A stretch of DNA of 61,438 bases, filler included, from an uncultured bacterium (GCA_964371695.1; 4 parts of 4 records of this genome joined end to end with filler, not necessarily neighbours in it), one strand, 5' to 3'. Shown: positions 39,552 through 50,029, counted from the first letter of the whole stretch. A program made the numbers and translations. Notes: generated by a model from the sequence alone, not told the origin.

Positions 39552-40285
39552 GTGCGCCAAAGGGCGGCCAGTTCGCCCGACGGTTCGTATTTGATGGTGC
39601 GGATGCCCAGGTGTTCGGCGATGTGTTTGCGTATCTGCCGGTTCACCTCCAGCACCGGTTGTTCGGCGTTCAGGCGAATGAACGGGTCGCGGTTCAAAAA
39701 ACGGTCAAACTCCTTGCGCAGCATGGTCTGATAGGTGATGAACGACTGGTAGAGATCCATGGACAGGCTCATGTCGCGGCCGCTTTCCCAAAAACTCAGC
39801 ACGGGACTTTTTTTGAACTCCCGCTCAAAAGCCACCTGGGGGGAGACCTCCATGAGAAACGTGATGTCCGCTTTGGGAGTGGGGGCGAACACGCCGTCCA
39901 GATAATGCCGGTCTATGCCCCGCACGCAGGCGCGGGCCATGAGGGTGTAAACGTAGCGATCCGCCAGCACCACGCTGCCCGCCTTCAGCGCGGGCAAAAT
40001 GATGTTGTCGATCTGGTCAAAAATATCGGTGGCGTACATCAGCGCCAGGGTGAGGCGCGTGACGGTGTTGCGGGCCAGCAGGTCGTCCAGGTTGCGGGCC
40101 AGCAGGTGGCTGCGGCGCAGACCCATGGTCTGCACGGCATAACCGTTGGCCTCCAGCCATTCCTTGAGCAGCGCCACCTGGGTGCTGCGGCCAGAGCCGT
40201 CGGGGCCTTCGATGACAAAAAAACTGCCGGGCAAGTCACGGATGTTGTGGCGGATGGGAGACACGTTTTTGAGCATCGGCGTCAT
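39548..40285 (-). CDS. Thymidylate kinase-like protein (P-loop GSGRST)
   Basis: IEGPDGSGRSTQ and LADRY; its stop overlaps the ppx start. Confidence 0.88.
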   Translation of the reverse strand: MTPMLKNVSPIRHNIRDLPGSFFVIEGPDGSGRSTQVALLKEWLEANGYAVQTMGLRRSHLLARNLDDLLARNTVTRLTLALMYATDIFDQIDNIILPALKAGSVVLADRYVYTLMARACVRGIDRHYLDGVFAPTPKADITFLMEVSPQVAFEREFKKSPVLSFWESGRDMSLSMDLYQSFITYQTMLRKEFDRFLNRDPFIRLNAEQPVLEVNRQIRKHIAEHLGIRTIKYEPSGELAALWRT

Positions 40286-40304
40286 GGGGTGCTCCTGATA
40301 CCGA

Positions 40305-40475
40305 TTCCAATTCCAGAAAGCAGGAATTGGAATCTTTTATTTGGCCTTGCCATTCGTCGTGAATGGCTGCGGCCCGGCGCGGCGCAGGCAAAGCCCGCTT
40401 GCGCCGCGAACACCTCCGGCGCTTGTTGCGCCTCGGTGTTCGAATCGAATTCATCCATGAATTCATGCCAATTCT
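40305..40475. repeat. Structured ~150-bp dispersed repeat, copy 2
   Basis: Lies between the two tmk-like genes; homologous to the copies at 36948 and 50030. Confidence 0.85.
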
Positions 40476-40496
40476 TCTCATTTTTTTCTGATTTCA

Positions 40497-41342
40497 TCAT
40501 GGTTTCCCGCCAGTCAATCCTTCCGGCGGTTTTCTGCCATCTCGGAGTAGAATTGGCATGAATCTGGAAAGATCGATGCGGCTGGTGACGATTTCGCGCA
40601 TCAGCAACTGCTGCTGGTTCATCGCCAGCGTGGCGTCCATTTTCACAAACCGGTCTTTTTTCTCCATGCTGTCATAGGCTTCCAGAATGCGCGCCTGCAC
40701 CAGACGAAAACTTTCCTCCGGGTCGCTGGAAAGCCCCAGATCCATGCCCGCTTCGTAATATTTCAGACGGGGACGGCCAGAGAGAATGCGCTCCAGCGAC
40801 ACCGCCAGAGGCGCACGAAAGAAAAACGTGATGTCGGGCACCGGCGCGAAGGAATAGAGGTTGCGCAGCCAGGCGGGGTCGCAGCCCCGTGCGCTGTCGC
40901 GGGCAAAGGCGGTGTAGATGTACCTGTCCGCCAGCACCAGATAACCCCCGCGCAAAAGCGGCATGATCTGCCGCTCCAGGCGGTCGGCGAAGTCTGCCGC
41001 GTGAATGAGCGAAAAGGTGTGCGGAGTGAGCAGGCGCTCTTTTTTGCCGCGCTTGGTGGCGTTTTTCACCAGGGGCGAGCTGTTCCACTCGGTGAAATAG
41101 ATTTTGTACCCCGACACCTCCAGCCAGCGTTTGAGCAGATAGAGCTGGGTGCTTTTGCCAGAGCCGTCAATGCCCTCCACCACAATCAGCGCGCCGGGGT
41201 AATCGCGCTGGGGCAGGGGAGGGTGTGCGAGAACTCCTTTGGCCGAAGATTTGGCCGTTTTCGCCGGGGCAGATTTTTTGGCTGGTTTTTTGGGGGCGGC
41301 GGCTGTCATGGATGAAGACCCGGTTAAGGCTAGACGCGCCAT
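40497..41342 (-). CDS. Thymidylate kinase-like protein (P-loop GSGKST)
   Basis: VEGIDGSGKSTQ and LADRYIYTAFARD. Confidence 0.88.
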   Translation of the reverse strand: MARLALTGSSSMTAAAPKKPAKKSAPAKTAKSSAKGVLAHPPLPQRDYPGALIVVEGIDGSGKSTQLYLLKRWLEVSGYKIYFTEWNSSPLVKNATKRGKKERLLTPHTFSLIHAADFADRLERQIMPLLRGGYLVLADRYIYTAFARDSARGCDPAWLRNLYSFAPVPDITFFFRAPLAVSLERILSGRPRLKYYEAGMDLGLSSDPEESFRLVQARILEAYDSMEKKDRFVKMDATLAMNQQQLLMREIVTSRIDLSRFMPILLRDGRKPPEGLTGGKP

Positions 41343-41371
41343 TTTAATATTTGTTTAAGGGCGGGGGAGGA

Positions 41372-41713
41372 AGATAGAGGTTGGAAGTCGGGAGTTGGAA
41401 AAAGAAAAAGCCCCATTGTTGAAGAAGGTCTTACTGTTCCCTCTCCCCAGGGGGGAGAGGGTGGCGCGTAACGCCAGGTGAGGGGGAACAGGCTGGGCAG
41501 AAAGAATCAGACTTTTTTCAAAAGTTCTCCTTCCCCCTCACCCGCCTCTGGTTTCGCTTTGCTCAACTTTCGGCTGCCCTCTCCCTCAGGGAGAGGGCAA
41601 GAAAAAAGGCTCTTATTATGTCCACATCTACTTTGAAAATGCGCTAAAGCGGGTGTTTATATTTCGCCCCTCACCCGCCCCTTCGGGGCACCCTCTCCCC
41701 AGCGGGGAGAGGG
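41372..41713. repeat. Composite palindromic repeat island
   Basis: GGAAG-type leader, three CCCTCTCCC palindromes and the inverted copy of 26164-26320. Confidence 0.8.
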
Positions 41714-41759
41714 AACCATCGGAGCCTTTTTTTTCAACCACAACTTCCAGCTTCCATCT

Positions 41760-44489
41760 CTACCCCAACAACGCTTTCAGCGCCGGGTCAGTGGGAGCCT
41801 CGGTGTGGCCCAGACGCCAGGCAGCGGCCCGCAGGTGAACGTCGTCCAGCGCGGAAAGGTCTTCGGCCAGGGTTTTACTCATCACCAGCGGTGCGCCAAA
41901 GAGCTGCTGGTGCAGGGCGGCGGCCCGCTCGGATGTCAGCGGCATTTCCTCCAGCACTTTCAGCACCGGCGTGGCCAGGGATTTCTGACGCAGTTGTGAA
42001 ACAGCCTCCAGCGCCAGCCCTCTGTCCTGCTTGTTGCCCGAATACAACCCCAGGCTCACCCGCTGGAAAAAATCGTCGCTCTGGCCCGACAGGGCCGTGA
42101 GCACCACCACAGCAAAAAGCACGTGTTCGCGCTCCACCTGCGACACAGCCTTTTGCAGAAAATGCAGCATGTCGCTGTTTTTCAGTTCCTGCTGCACCCG
42201 CCCGGACGTGGCCTGACACCGCAGCACGCGCCCCAGGGCCGAGAGGGCGGATTTTTCCAGCGTGGTGTTAAAGGCTTCATCCGCATGGCTCAAAAGCAGG
42301 TGCAGCACCCGCTGGCGCAGGGCAAAGGGCGTGGCCTGCGAAAACAGGGCCTCTTGCAGCACGGTGTCCGCCAGAGCAAGACGGGCGGCGAAAAACTGCT
42401 GGGCCAGGGCGCTGAGCCGGGGGGACTGATCGGCCAGCAGCGGCAACACGGCCCGCAGCACCGCCTCGGTCTGGGTGTCCAGATGCGCCACAAACTGGAC
42501 CGCCTCCAGACGCACCGGTGGCTGGGTGTCGTGCAGCCGGGCCAGCAGTTGTTGGCGCAGGGGTTCTTCTGGCGCCGGAAAAAGCGCAGCCAGTGTGCGC
42601 ACCGCAGCGGCCCGCACCTCGCGCCCGGGGTGATCCAGAAAAGGCAGCACCGCGCCCTGCACATCCGTTTCGCCCACCAGCGCCAGCATGTCCAGCGCGG
42701 TGGTTTTCAGGCCGCTGTCCTCACCTGACAAAATTTCGAGGGCGCGGTTTTTCAGCAGCGCCGTTTCTGAAAAATGGCTGCTTTGCATCAGGCACCGGGC
42801 CGCTGCGCCCAGTTCGTCTGCCGGTGTGGCGGGGTCGTGCAAAAGCTTCAGCGCCTCCTGCACCACTTCGAGCCGGTCATAGGGGGCCAGAAACCGCAGG
42901 GATTCCGCCACCAGCGCGTTCATCTCCGGGTGTCCCTCAAACTTTTGCAGCGCCTCAAAAAGCGGGGCAAAGGCGGCTTCTTCACCGGGAAAACAGCCCA
43001 GCGTTTCCAGACACGCCTCGGCCACGGCGCGGTTTTCGGTGTCCGCCAGAATCGCCGCCACCTTGGGAATGTCCTCTGGCCGTTTGAGCTGGCGCAACAG
43101 TTCCAGACCCAGCAGCACGTTGGTGTGGCTGTCGTCCTTGAGCAGTTCCCCGGCCTGGGCCGCCACCAGGGCGGGGGGCAGCTCGCCCATGCGGTCGGTG
43201 GGCAGGCCCCGTTTTTTGAGCAGCCCCAGCACGCCGTGGTCATAGGCCCGCCACTGCGGAAAAATCAGCACCACACCCGCCAGCGCCACCACCACCATCA
43301 AAAACTTGAGCACCTCGTTCATCCAGTCCGTGCCAAAACCCTGCCGCAGGGCCACCAGCACCAGTGTGCTGAGCACAATGGCCACCGGCTGCACCACGCC
43401 CCCCAAAAAGGCTTTGGCCACGCCCCAAAAGCGGCTGGCCAAGCCGTTGAACAGCAGGTTGTCCACGGGTTTGCGAAAGTAGGTGCGCAGTTCCTGATTG
43501 ATGGCCTGGGCAAAAATGCCCGCCCACAAACCCTGGCTCGCCACCAGCACCCCCGCCGCGCCCAGATAGAGCACCGGGTGCAGCAGGCTGGAAAGCCCCA
43601 CGCCCAGTCGGCTGATGAGGCGCGACGCCACCAGCAACTGAAAGCTCAGGGCCAGCAGGTTCATGATGAGGTCGTATTTGCCAAAAAATGCGGCGCGGTC
43701 GGCGGGGTGGGGAAACTGCTGGGGATAAATCACGCCCTGATAGAAATAGACCATGAACTGTTGCAGCAGCGTGGACAGAAACACCCCCGCCGCCAGCCAG
43801 CGCAAAAGCGGCACACCCGCCGAAGCCTTCACGCCCTCGCCCATTTGCCTGAGCGGATTTTTGCGGGCAACGGGCGCGCCGGGTTTGAGCAGGCTTTCGC
43901 GCTGTCGGCTCACCCAGCCCACCACCGCCATGGTGAGGCCCGCCGAAAGCGGCATGATCAAAAGCAGCCACACGGGGGCGACCACCCCCAGCAGCAGAAA
44001 CAGCACCGCGCCCCCCAGCATGGCCCCCAGGGGAATGCCCGCCGAGATGAACCCCGCGAGGCGCTTTTGTTCGTAGGCGTTGAGGTAGGCCCCCAGGTGG
44101 GTGCCGTCGTGCATGGCCACCACGGGCAAGAGCACAAACACACCTACATAAAGCAGCGCCGAGGCGATTTTGAGCTTGAGCAGCATGAGGCCGAAACACA
44201 GCAGGCAGAACACCGCCAGACTCACCAGCAGGCCCCGATAAAGCACCCCCGGCGAAGTGCGCTCGCTGAGGCTGGCGTAAAACACCGAGCCGATGAGCTG
44301 GAACACGCCGATGAGGGCGAACATCAGCGGCAGGGCGTCTTTGCCAAAATCGGCCACCACCAGACTCATGGCCACGTTGCGCACCACCGTCACGCCGCTG
44401 AACAGGCACACCAGCAACAGCAGAAAAGGCGCGGCCTGTTTCATTTCGTCGCGCCGCAGCGAGAAGAGTTTTTCAAAGAGAGTGATCAT
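41760..44489 (-). CDS. NTT/TLC-like MFS transporter fused to HEAT repeats
   Basis: About 12 TM segments in the first ~420 aa, followed by HEAT-like repeats (LDHPGREVRAAAVRTL, LHDTQPPVRLEAV). Confidence 0.8.
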   Translation of the reverse strand: MITLFEKLFSLRRDEMKQAAPFLLLLVCLFSGVTVVRNVAMSLVVADFGKDALPLMFALIGVFQLIGSVFYASLSERTSPGVLYRGLLVSLAVFCLLCFGLMLLKLKIASALLYVGVFVLLPVVAMHDGTHLGAYLNAYEQKRLAGFISAGIPLGAMLGGAVLFLLLGVVAPVWLLLIMPLSAGLTMAVVGWVSRQRESLLKPGAPVARKNPLRQMGEGVKASAGVPLLRWLAAGVFLSTLLQQFMVYFYQGVIYPQQFPHPADRAAFFGKYDLIMNLLALSFQLLVASRLISRLGVGLSSLLHPVLYLGAAGVLVASQGLWAGIFAQAINQELRTYFRKPVDNLLFNGLASRFWGVAKAFLGGVVQPVAIVLSTLVLVALRQGFGTDWMNEVLKFLMVVVALAGVVLIFPQWRAYDHGVLGLLKKRGLPTDRMGELPPALVAAQAGELLKDDSHTNVLLGLELLRQLKRPEDIPKVAAILADTENRAVAEACLETLGCFPGEEAAFAPLFEALQKFEGHPEMNALVAESLRFLAPYDRLEVVQEALKLLHDPATPADELGAAARCLMQSSHFSETALLKNRALEILSGEDSGLKTTALDMLALVGETDVQGAVLPFLDHPGREVRAAAVRTLAALFPAPEEPLRQQLLARLHDTQPPVRLEAVQFVAHLDTQTEAVLRAVLPLLADQSPRLSALAQQFFAARLALADTVLQEALFSQATPFALRQRVLHLLLSHADEAFNTTLEKSALSALGRVLRCQATSGRVQQELKNSDMLHFLQKAVSQVEREHVLFAVVVLTALSGQSDDFFQRVSLGLYSGNKQDRGLALEAVSQLRQKSLATPVLKVLEEMPLTSERAAALHQQLFGAPLVMSKTLAEDLSALDDVHLRAAAWRLGHTEAPTDPALKALLG

Positions 44490-44525
44490 TGGATTTCGGA
44501 ATGGGCTGGGTGCGCTGGTTTTTGT

Positions 44526-44703
44526 TGCCCTCTCCCTGCGGGAGAGGGCAGACCGTGACAGAACGGAGTGAGGTCACGGGCGGGTGAGGGGGAGAGGCGT
44601 CGAAGTGGAAGTCTGAATTTTTCCCTTTCCAGGCTTACCCCCTCACCCGCCTTGGGTTTCGCTTCGCTCAACCCTCGGCTGCCCTCTCCCTGAGGGAGAG
44701 GGC
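44526..44703. repeat. Paired-palindrome element (same family as 26164-26378)
   Basis: TGCCCTCTCCCTG.GGGAGAGGGC at both ends with CCCCTCACCCGCC arms. Confidence 0.8.
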
Positions 44704-44766
44704 GACCCGTACACCATGGAATACAAGCTTGGTACCGATGAGGATTTTGCCGTGTCATGCGTCTGT

Positions 44767-45186
44767 TTACTTCTTTTGCCGCACCAGGCCGCAGAGGTAT
44801 TTGAAAATCGCCAGGGCGATCACGGGGTAATCCATCACCAGCTGCACAAAGGTGTCTTTCTCCAGCACCAGAAAACGGCAGTGCTCCTCGCACCGGGCGC
44901 TGGCGGAGCGGCGGTCGTCATCGAGCAGCGACATTTCGCCAAAAAAGCTGCGGGGGCCCCGGGTGGCCACCACCAGGGGGCCTTCGGGCCGGTTGATGGA
45001 AAGCGCCACATTGCCGGAGACCACCAGATACATGCGGTCGCCGATGTCGCCTTCCTGAAACAGAACCTGCTCGGCCTCGCCTTCGCCCTCTTCGGCCACG
45101 GTGGCCACCAGACCCAGGTCCTGCACGGGCAGTTCCTCAAACAGGTTCACGTGGCTGAGAAACAGGATTTTCTCGAAGAGGGTCAT
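44767..45186 (-). CDS. Stand-alone cyclic nucleotide-binding domain protein
   Basis: LFQEGDIGDRMYLVVSG, FFGEMSLL and RSASA. Confidence 0.92.
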   Translation of the reverse strand: MTLFEKILFLSHVNLFEELPVQDLGLVATVAEEGEGEAEQVLFQEGDIGDRMYLVVSGNVALSINRPEGPLVVATRGPRSFFGEMSLLDDDRRSASARCEEHCRFLVLEKDTFVQLVMDYPVIALAIFKYLCGLVRQKK

Positions 45187-45239
45187 GACGAAAGTGAGCA
45201 GGCAGTTTAGCAGGGTGTCGATAAACACCCTGCCAGGAC

Positions 45240-45437
45240 GGGAAGTTGGCGGCTGGAAGTTGGTAAAAGAAAAAGCCCTCTCCGCTTTCCGTCGTCATTC
45301 CCGCGAAAGCGGCGTCCATTAAAACATAAGAAAAAACCAGTTCTGGTGGCGCAGGCATCTTGCCTGCGTTCATATAAAAGACAGGCGAGACGCCTGCCCC
45401 ACCAAAGAATGGAGTAGGCGCGGTGTCCGCACCGCGC
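45240..45437. repeat. Composite REP cluster (GTCATTCCCGCG, GTGG-type and GTAG-type palindromes)
   Basis: GTCATTCCCGCGAAAGCGG, GGTGGCGCAGGCATCTTGCCTGC...CAGGCGAGACGCCTGCCCCACC and GTAGGCGCGGTGTCCGCACCGCGC. Confidence 0.8.
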
Positions 45438-45449
45438 AACCAGCAGGTG

Positions 45450-46528
45450 TCAGTTATACGGGCAGTCGTCCACCAGATCCAGGCGTTCGAGATACACCTG
45501 ATAGGCCCATTCATCAATCTTGCCCGTGTGGGCGGCGGCAATCAGCAGTTGCAGGGCCGTGGGGGCGGGTTTTTTGGTTTCTTTGCCAAACGCCGCGAGC
45601 TGATCTGCCACGGCTTTTTCCAGACCCTTGTCGTGTTTGATGATCTGGATGATCTGCCCTTTGCTCTGGGCCAGCAGCACGCCGGTGCGGTTGCGGATGG
45701 GTGAGAAATATTTGCCCAGGCGCTGGATTTCGTCTTCGGTGTAGATTTTCAGCAGCCCCCAGTAGCTGTCGTCGTGGCAGCGTTCGTCATACACGCGGGG
45801 CACCCCCTGCCACGGGCCGTCTGAGAGGGGATGGCTCTGGATGCTGTCGCGGTTGCGTCCCCCCAGGTCGCGGGGCAGCAGTTCGCGGGCGTTCTTGAAG
45901 CGCGCCGCCAGAAACTGCTGGGTCATGGGTTCCTCGATGGTGGGGCGCAGCAGCACCAGGGTTTCGCTCTGTTCCTTGCGTTTTTCCTTGTTGCTGAACA
46001 GCTTGCCCAGCCATGGCACCTTGGAAAGGCCGGGGGTGCGTTTGGTCTCCCAGGTGTCGGTTTCCTTGATCAGGCTGGCGGCGATGAAGGCCTGGCCGTT
46101 CTGGTAAAACCCCTTGCTGGTCATGCGGGTGTCGTCGGTGGCCAGGGCGTTTTCCAGCGAGGCGGCCTGATTGATGCTGCCGTCCGAGAGCTCCAGCTCG
46201 GCATACACCAGGGCCTGACCATCGGGCGCGGCGGGGGGCACAATGCGCGCCTGTTTGATGTCCAGCGTAATACCCGTCTCTTTATATTGAATGTTGGTGC
46301 CGTATTGGCTGGCGGTGGCCTGCGGAATGGCGGTGACGCTTTTGAACGTGGCGCCGTCGCCGTCTTTCACCCGCACGATGGGTTTGCTCACCACCTTGCC
46401 CAGGCCCTCCTGCAAAAGCCACCCGGCGGTGATTTTGAACTGGCGGCCCTTCTGGTCAAAGATGCCCACCACGGTGTCCATGAAGGTCTGGTTGATGCCG
46501 AAATCACCCAGGCCCGTGAGGGTGAAGG
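45450..46528 (-). CDS. Secretin (type II secretion/type IV pilus family), C-terminal part (5'-truncated)
   Basis: IQYKETGITLDI, PGLSKVPWLGKLFS and ETLVLLRPTI. Confidence 0.85.
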
Positions 46529-46628
46529 NNNNNNNNNNNNNNNNNNNNNNNNNNNNNNNNNNNNNNNNNNNNTTAATTAATTAANNNNNNNNNNNNNNNN
46601 NNNNNNNNNNNNNNNNNNNNNNNNNNNN
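46529..46628. other. Contig junction spacer
   Basis: N-run with TTAATTAATTAA. Confidence 0.98.
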
Positions 46629-46629
46629 G

Positions 46630-47655
46630 GTGTGGACCGGCGAAAAAATGTCTCTGGACGACGCATGGCGCACGGGCCTGGAATGGGCCGACAAAATCCT
46701 GAACCGGGATTCCGGTTTTCTGGTGGGCATTCACCCCGACCCCGTAGAGGGCGACCTGTGGCTGGACAATCACCTGCCCATCCGTCTGGTCTTCAACAGC
46801 CTGCCCTATCGTTACAACGACCTGATCCGCCAGCGGGCCAAGGAAAAAGCTCCCGTGCTGCTGGTGGCATCGCTGTGCGATTTCAAGCAGTTCCGCGTGG
46901 CCCCGCAGGTGCAGATGCAGGTGGGCGGCATTGGCGCGGTGAGCGACGGGGAATACCTGTTTGGCAGCAAGCGCCTTGAAGAGGCCACCAAAAAGTTTCA
47001 GGGCGCGGCCAAAAAGGGATTTGTGCCCCAGGCGGTGCCCGGCAGCGCCGCCCAGACGGGCGCAGAACTGGTGTATGGCGCGCCGCCGGGTTATGCCTCG
47101 CAAGCCCAGGCCGTGCTGGAAGAAACCAAAACCCCGCACCTCGTGGTACACCTGCGCCATCCCGACCAGTGGATGGACGCCAATCTGGCGGTGGCGGCCC
47201 GCGCCCATGCCGTGGCGGGGGCGGACCTGGAAACCCTGGTGATCACCAGCGGTTTTGTGCTGCCCCCCACGGCCATGGTGTCGCCGGGTGTGGCGGCGGT
47301 GAATCTGCTGCGCCTCAACACACAGTCGCTGCACCGGCTCTCGGTGCAACTGGCCCGGTGGAAGCTGCGGTTTAACCGCATTCTTCTGGCGGTGCCGCCG
47401 GTGCTGGGGGGCATCAACCTGCAACCCTCGCTGGAGAAATGGCTCTCGGCCCTGAACGCCTTTGGCGAGGTCACCGTGCTGGGGCAGCACCGAAAAACTT
47501 TTCCGCAAGATTTGGCTTTTTACAGCCGCCTGAATGCCGTGAACGCGGCGATGGCCGCAGGACGGCTGAAACAGGGCCTGCCCCTGGGTTATCGTGAATA
47601 CATGGGCCTGCTGCGGGATGTGGCCAGCGGATGGGCGAAAGAGGACACGCCGTGA
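46630..47655 (+). CDS. Hypothetical protein (probably 5'-truncated)
   Basis: 341-aa frame with host-like codon usage; its stop overlaps the next start; no motif recognised. Confidence 0.7.
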   Translation: MWTGEKMSLDDAWRTGLEWADKILNRDSGFLVGIHPDPVEGDLWLDNHLPIRLVFNSLPYRYNDLIRQRAKEKAPVLLVASLCDFKQFRVAPQVQMQVGGIGAVSDGEYLFGSKRLEEATKKFQGAAKKGFVPQAVPGSAAQTGAELVYGAPPGYASQAQAVLEETKTPHLVVHLRHPDQWMDANLAVAARAHAVAGADLETLVITSGFVLPPTAMVSPGVAAVNLLRLNTQSLHRLSVQLARWKLRFNRILLAVPPVLGGINLQPSLEKWLSALNAFGEVTVLGQHRKTFPQDLAFYSRLNAVNAAMAAGRLKQGLPLGYREYMGLLRDVASGWAKEDTP

Positions 47656-49967
47656 CGTTCGCCGCAGACCTGTTGCGCTCGCGCCTGGGCAGCGTGTTCA
47701 CGCTGGCCGCCTCGCCTCTGCTGTTTTCGCTACGGGGCACGGGCAGCCTGTTTTTTTGCGGCGGCCCGCAGGTCACACTGCGCCACCGCAACGTGCGCCA
47801 CGTGATTGGCCCAGGGGACTGGAAAACCAGCGAAAGCCCCTCACCCCGAAAAACCAAAGCGGGTGAACGCTTTCACCTCAAGGCCGCCTGCCCCTGGCTG
47901 GCAATGGACTTTTCCCTGCTGTTGGACGAAGACGCCAGCCTGCTTGCCGAAATGCGCCTCACACCGCTGCTGAGCGGGATTTCGCTGGAAGAAGCCTGCC
48001 CGTTTTTCCCGGCCAGTCCCGAAACCGCCATGGGGCTTTCCAGCCAGGCGTGGGTCTATGACCTGGGTTATCAGAGCTGGGCCTTTGGCGGCAAACGTCC
48101 CCTTTATGGCCCCGGCCTGAACCCCGTGCTGCCGGTCATCCGCACCGCGTCCTACAACGAAGCCATCAAATACACCGGCAAGCCGGGGCATCACTTTTTG
48201 CACTGGATGGGTGCGGTGGGCGACCCGGCGCTCGACGCGTGGATTGCCATGGGGGCCCTCAGCGCCCATCAGGCCATCACTTCGGTAGAGGTCAAAGCCA
48301 AAGAAACCGATGGGGTTTCGTTGTGCCTGCGCATGGATACCGACGGCGTGTTGCTGAAAGAGGGCCAACCGTTTGAACTGGACACCGCGTGGCTCAGCAT
48401 CGGCACTTCGCTTAACACGCTGTTGCAGGAACACGCCGCCCTCGTGGCCCAGCACATGGCCCCCCGCGTGAAGGGCCACCCCCTGAGCGGCGTCTGCACC
48501 TGGTATGAACTTTTCACCCGCGTGAAGGAAGACGATGTGCGACAGGCCACGGACATGATGGCCCGGCACAAAATCACCCTGCCGGTGGACATGATTCAAC
48601 TGGACGACGGCTGGCAAAAGGACATCGGCCACTGGCACAACACCAATGGCAAGTTCGGCCATTCCCTGCGCCCCATGGTGCAGGACATCGAAGAAAAAGG
48701 TTACACCCCCGGCCTGTGGTGGGCCCCGTTTTATACCCGCCCCACGGCCCCTCTGGCCCGCCAACACCCAGAGCGCCTGCTGAAAAACAAACACGGTAGG
48801 CCCCGTGGGGCCGGTTTCAACCCCCTGTGGGGGGGACGTGTGCTGGCGTGGGATCCCTCTCACCCCCAGGTGCTGGAAATGCTGGAAAAGTGGACCCGCA
48901 AAATGGTGGAAGAATGGGGCTTCACCTTTTTGAAAATGGATTTTCTGTTTGCCGGTTTTTTGCCGGGCAAACGTCACCGGACAGACGAAACCCGCCTGTT
49001 CAGCGCCCGCAAGGCGCTGGAACTGATTCGCCAGACCGCCGGTGAAAAAACCACGCTGCTGGGCTGCGGCATGCCGCTTTTGCCCGCCGTGGGCATTTTT
49101 GACACCATGCGGGTTGGCCCGGACACCGCCCCCTACTGGGAATCCCCCCTGATGCACGCTTTTTCGTTTGGCGCGGAACCCTCGGCCCGCTGGGGTCTGC
49201 TCACCCCCCTCAACCGCCAGCACCTGCACGGCCAGTGGTGGTGGAACGACCCCGACTGCCTGCTGGTGCGCGAAACCAACACGCAGCTTTCCCGCACACA
49301 GTCCCGCACACAACTGCGCACCTGTGTGATGACCGGGGGCATGCGGCTGATGGGCGACCTGCCCCAGCGCCTGGGCAAAACCCCGCTGCGCTGGTTGTCC
49401 AAAGCCATGGGGCCCTGGCCGCTGCAAACGGACCTGCCGGGTTTTGACGACACCCTTTTCCCCCGCCTTGTCCGCAACCAGTTGCCCCAGGACACCCTGG
49501 GCCGCCAGTTGCTGCTGCTGGTGAATCTGGAAACCCATGAACAGGAAATCAAATTGCCCGCCGGTCTCTTTGCAGAGGTCGGTCCCCTGCTGTGCCTGGA
49601 CCTGGACGAACGCCAGACCCGCGTGATTCAGTCCACCGAGGAACTGAACCTGACGCTCGCGTCGGGCGCACACCGCCTGCTGCTGGTGGCCCCATTGCCA
49701 GAGAAACCCTGCTTTTTCGCGGGTTCGTGGTCAGACGCCGCTGGCCTGGGAGAATGGGCCGAAGAAACCCAGAGCGACGAACGGCTCACGGTTCGCTTCA
49801 CCACCAACTGCCGCCGGAAGGGCCTGATGCACGTCTACCTGCCCCCCGGCTGGTCCATGGACGGCGGCCCGGCCCCTTTGCCACAAAAAGGCCACACCCA
49901 ACGTTTCGCCCTGGACTTTGACGCTCCTTTTTCTATTACGTTTGATATCAATTCTAAACCGGGATAG
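47652..49967 (+). CDS. Glycoside hydrolase family 36 (alpha-galactosidase-like)
   Basis: CTWY, IQLDDGWQ, GLWWAPF, FLKMDF, RVGPD and NDPDCL. Confidence 0.9.
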   Translation: MTFAADLLRSRLGSVFTLAASPLLFSLRGTGSLFFCGGPQVTLRHRNVRHVIGPGDWKTSESPSPRKTKAGERFHLKAACPWLAMDFSLLLDEDASLLAEMRLTPLLSGISLEEACPFFPASPETAMGLSSQAWVYDLGYQSWAFGGKRPLYGPGLNPVLPVIRTASYNEAIKYTGKPGHHFLHWMGAVGDPALDAWIAMGALSAHQAITSVEVKAKETDGVSLCLRMDTDGVLLKEGQPFELDTAWLSIGTSLNTLLQEHAALVAQHMAPRVKGHPLSGVCTWYELFTRVKEDDVRQATDMMARHKITLPVDMIQLDDGWQKDIGHWHNTNGKFGHSLRPMVQDIEEKGYTPGLWWAPFYTRPTAPLARQHPERLLKNKHGRPRGAGFNPLWGGRVLAWDPSHPQVLEMLEKWTRKMVEEWGFTFLKMDFLFAGFLPGKRHRTDETRLFSARKALELIRQTAGEKTTLLGCGMPLLPAVGIFDTMRVGPDTAPYWESPLMHAFSFGAEPSARWGLLTPLNRQHLHGQWWWNDPDCLLVRETNTQLSRTQSRTQLRTCVMTGGMRLMGDLPQRLGKTPLRWLSKAMGPWPLQTDLPGFDDTLFPRLVRNQLPQDTLGRQLLLLVNLETHEQEIKLPAGLFAEVGPLLCLDLDERQTRVIQSTEELNLTLASGAHRLLLVAPLPEKPCFFAGSWSDAAGLGEWAEETQSDERLTVRFTTNCRRKGLMHVYLPPGWSMDGGPAPLPQKGHTQRFALDFDAPFSITFDINSKPG

Positions 49968-50029
49968 CGCTAAACCCAGTAAGGCGTAGCCTGCCCGCCA
50001 GCAAGGAATAAAACAAAAAGGAGGAAAAG

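Noticed and set aside
40236-40500. Small ORFs between the tmk-like genes that resemble 50037-50225
   Set aside because: The similarity comes from the non-coding dispersed repeat, and the frames are not consistently conserved across the three copies.
45450-46528. Secretin as the export route for the giant proteins of contig 1
   Set aside because: It is on a different contig, so there is no evidence of linkage.
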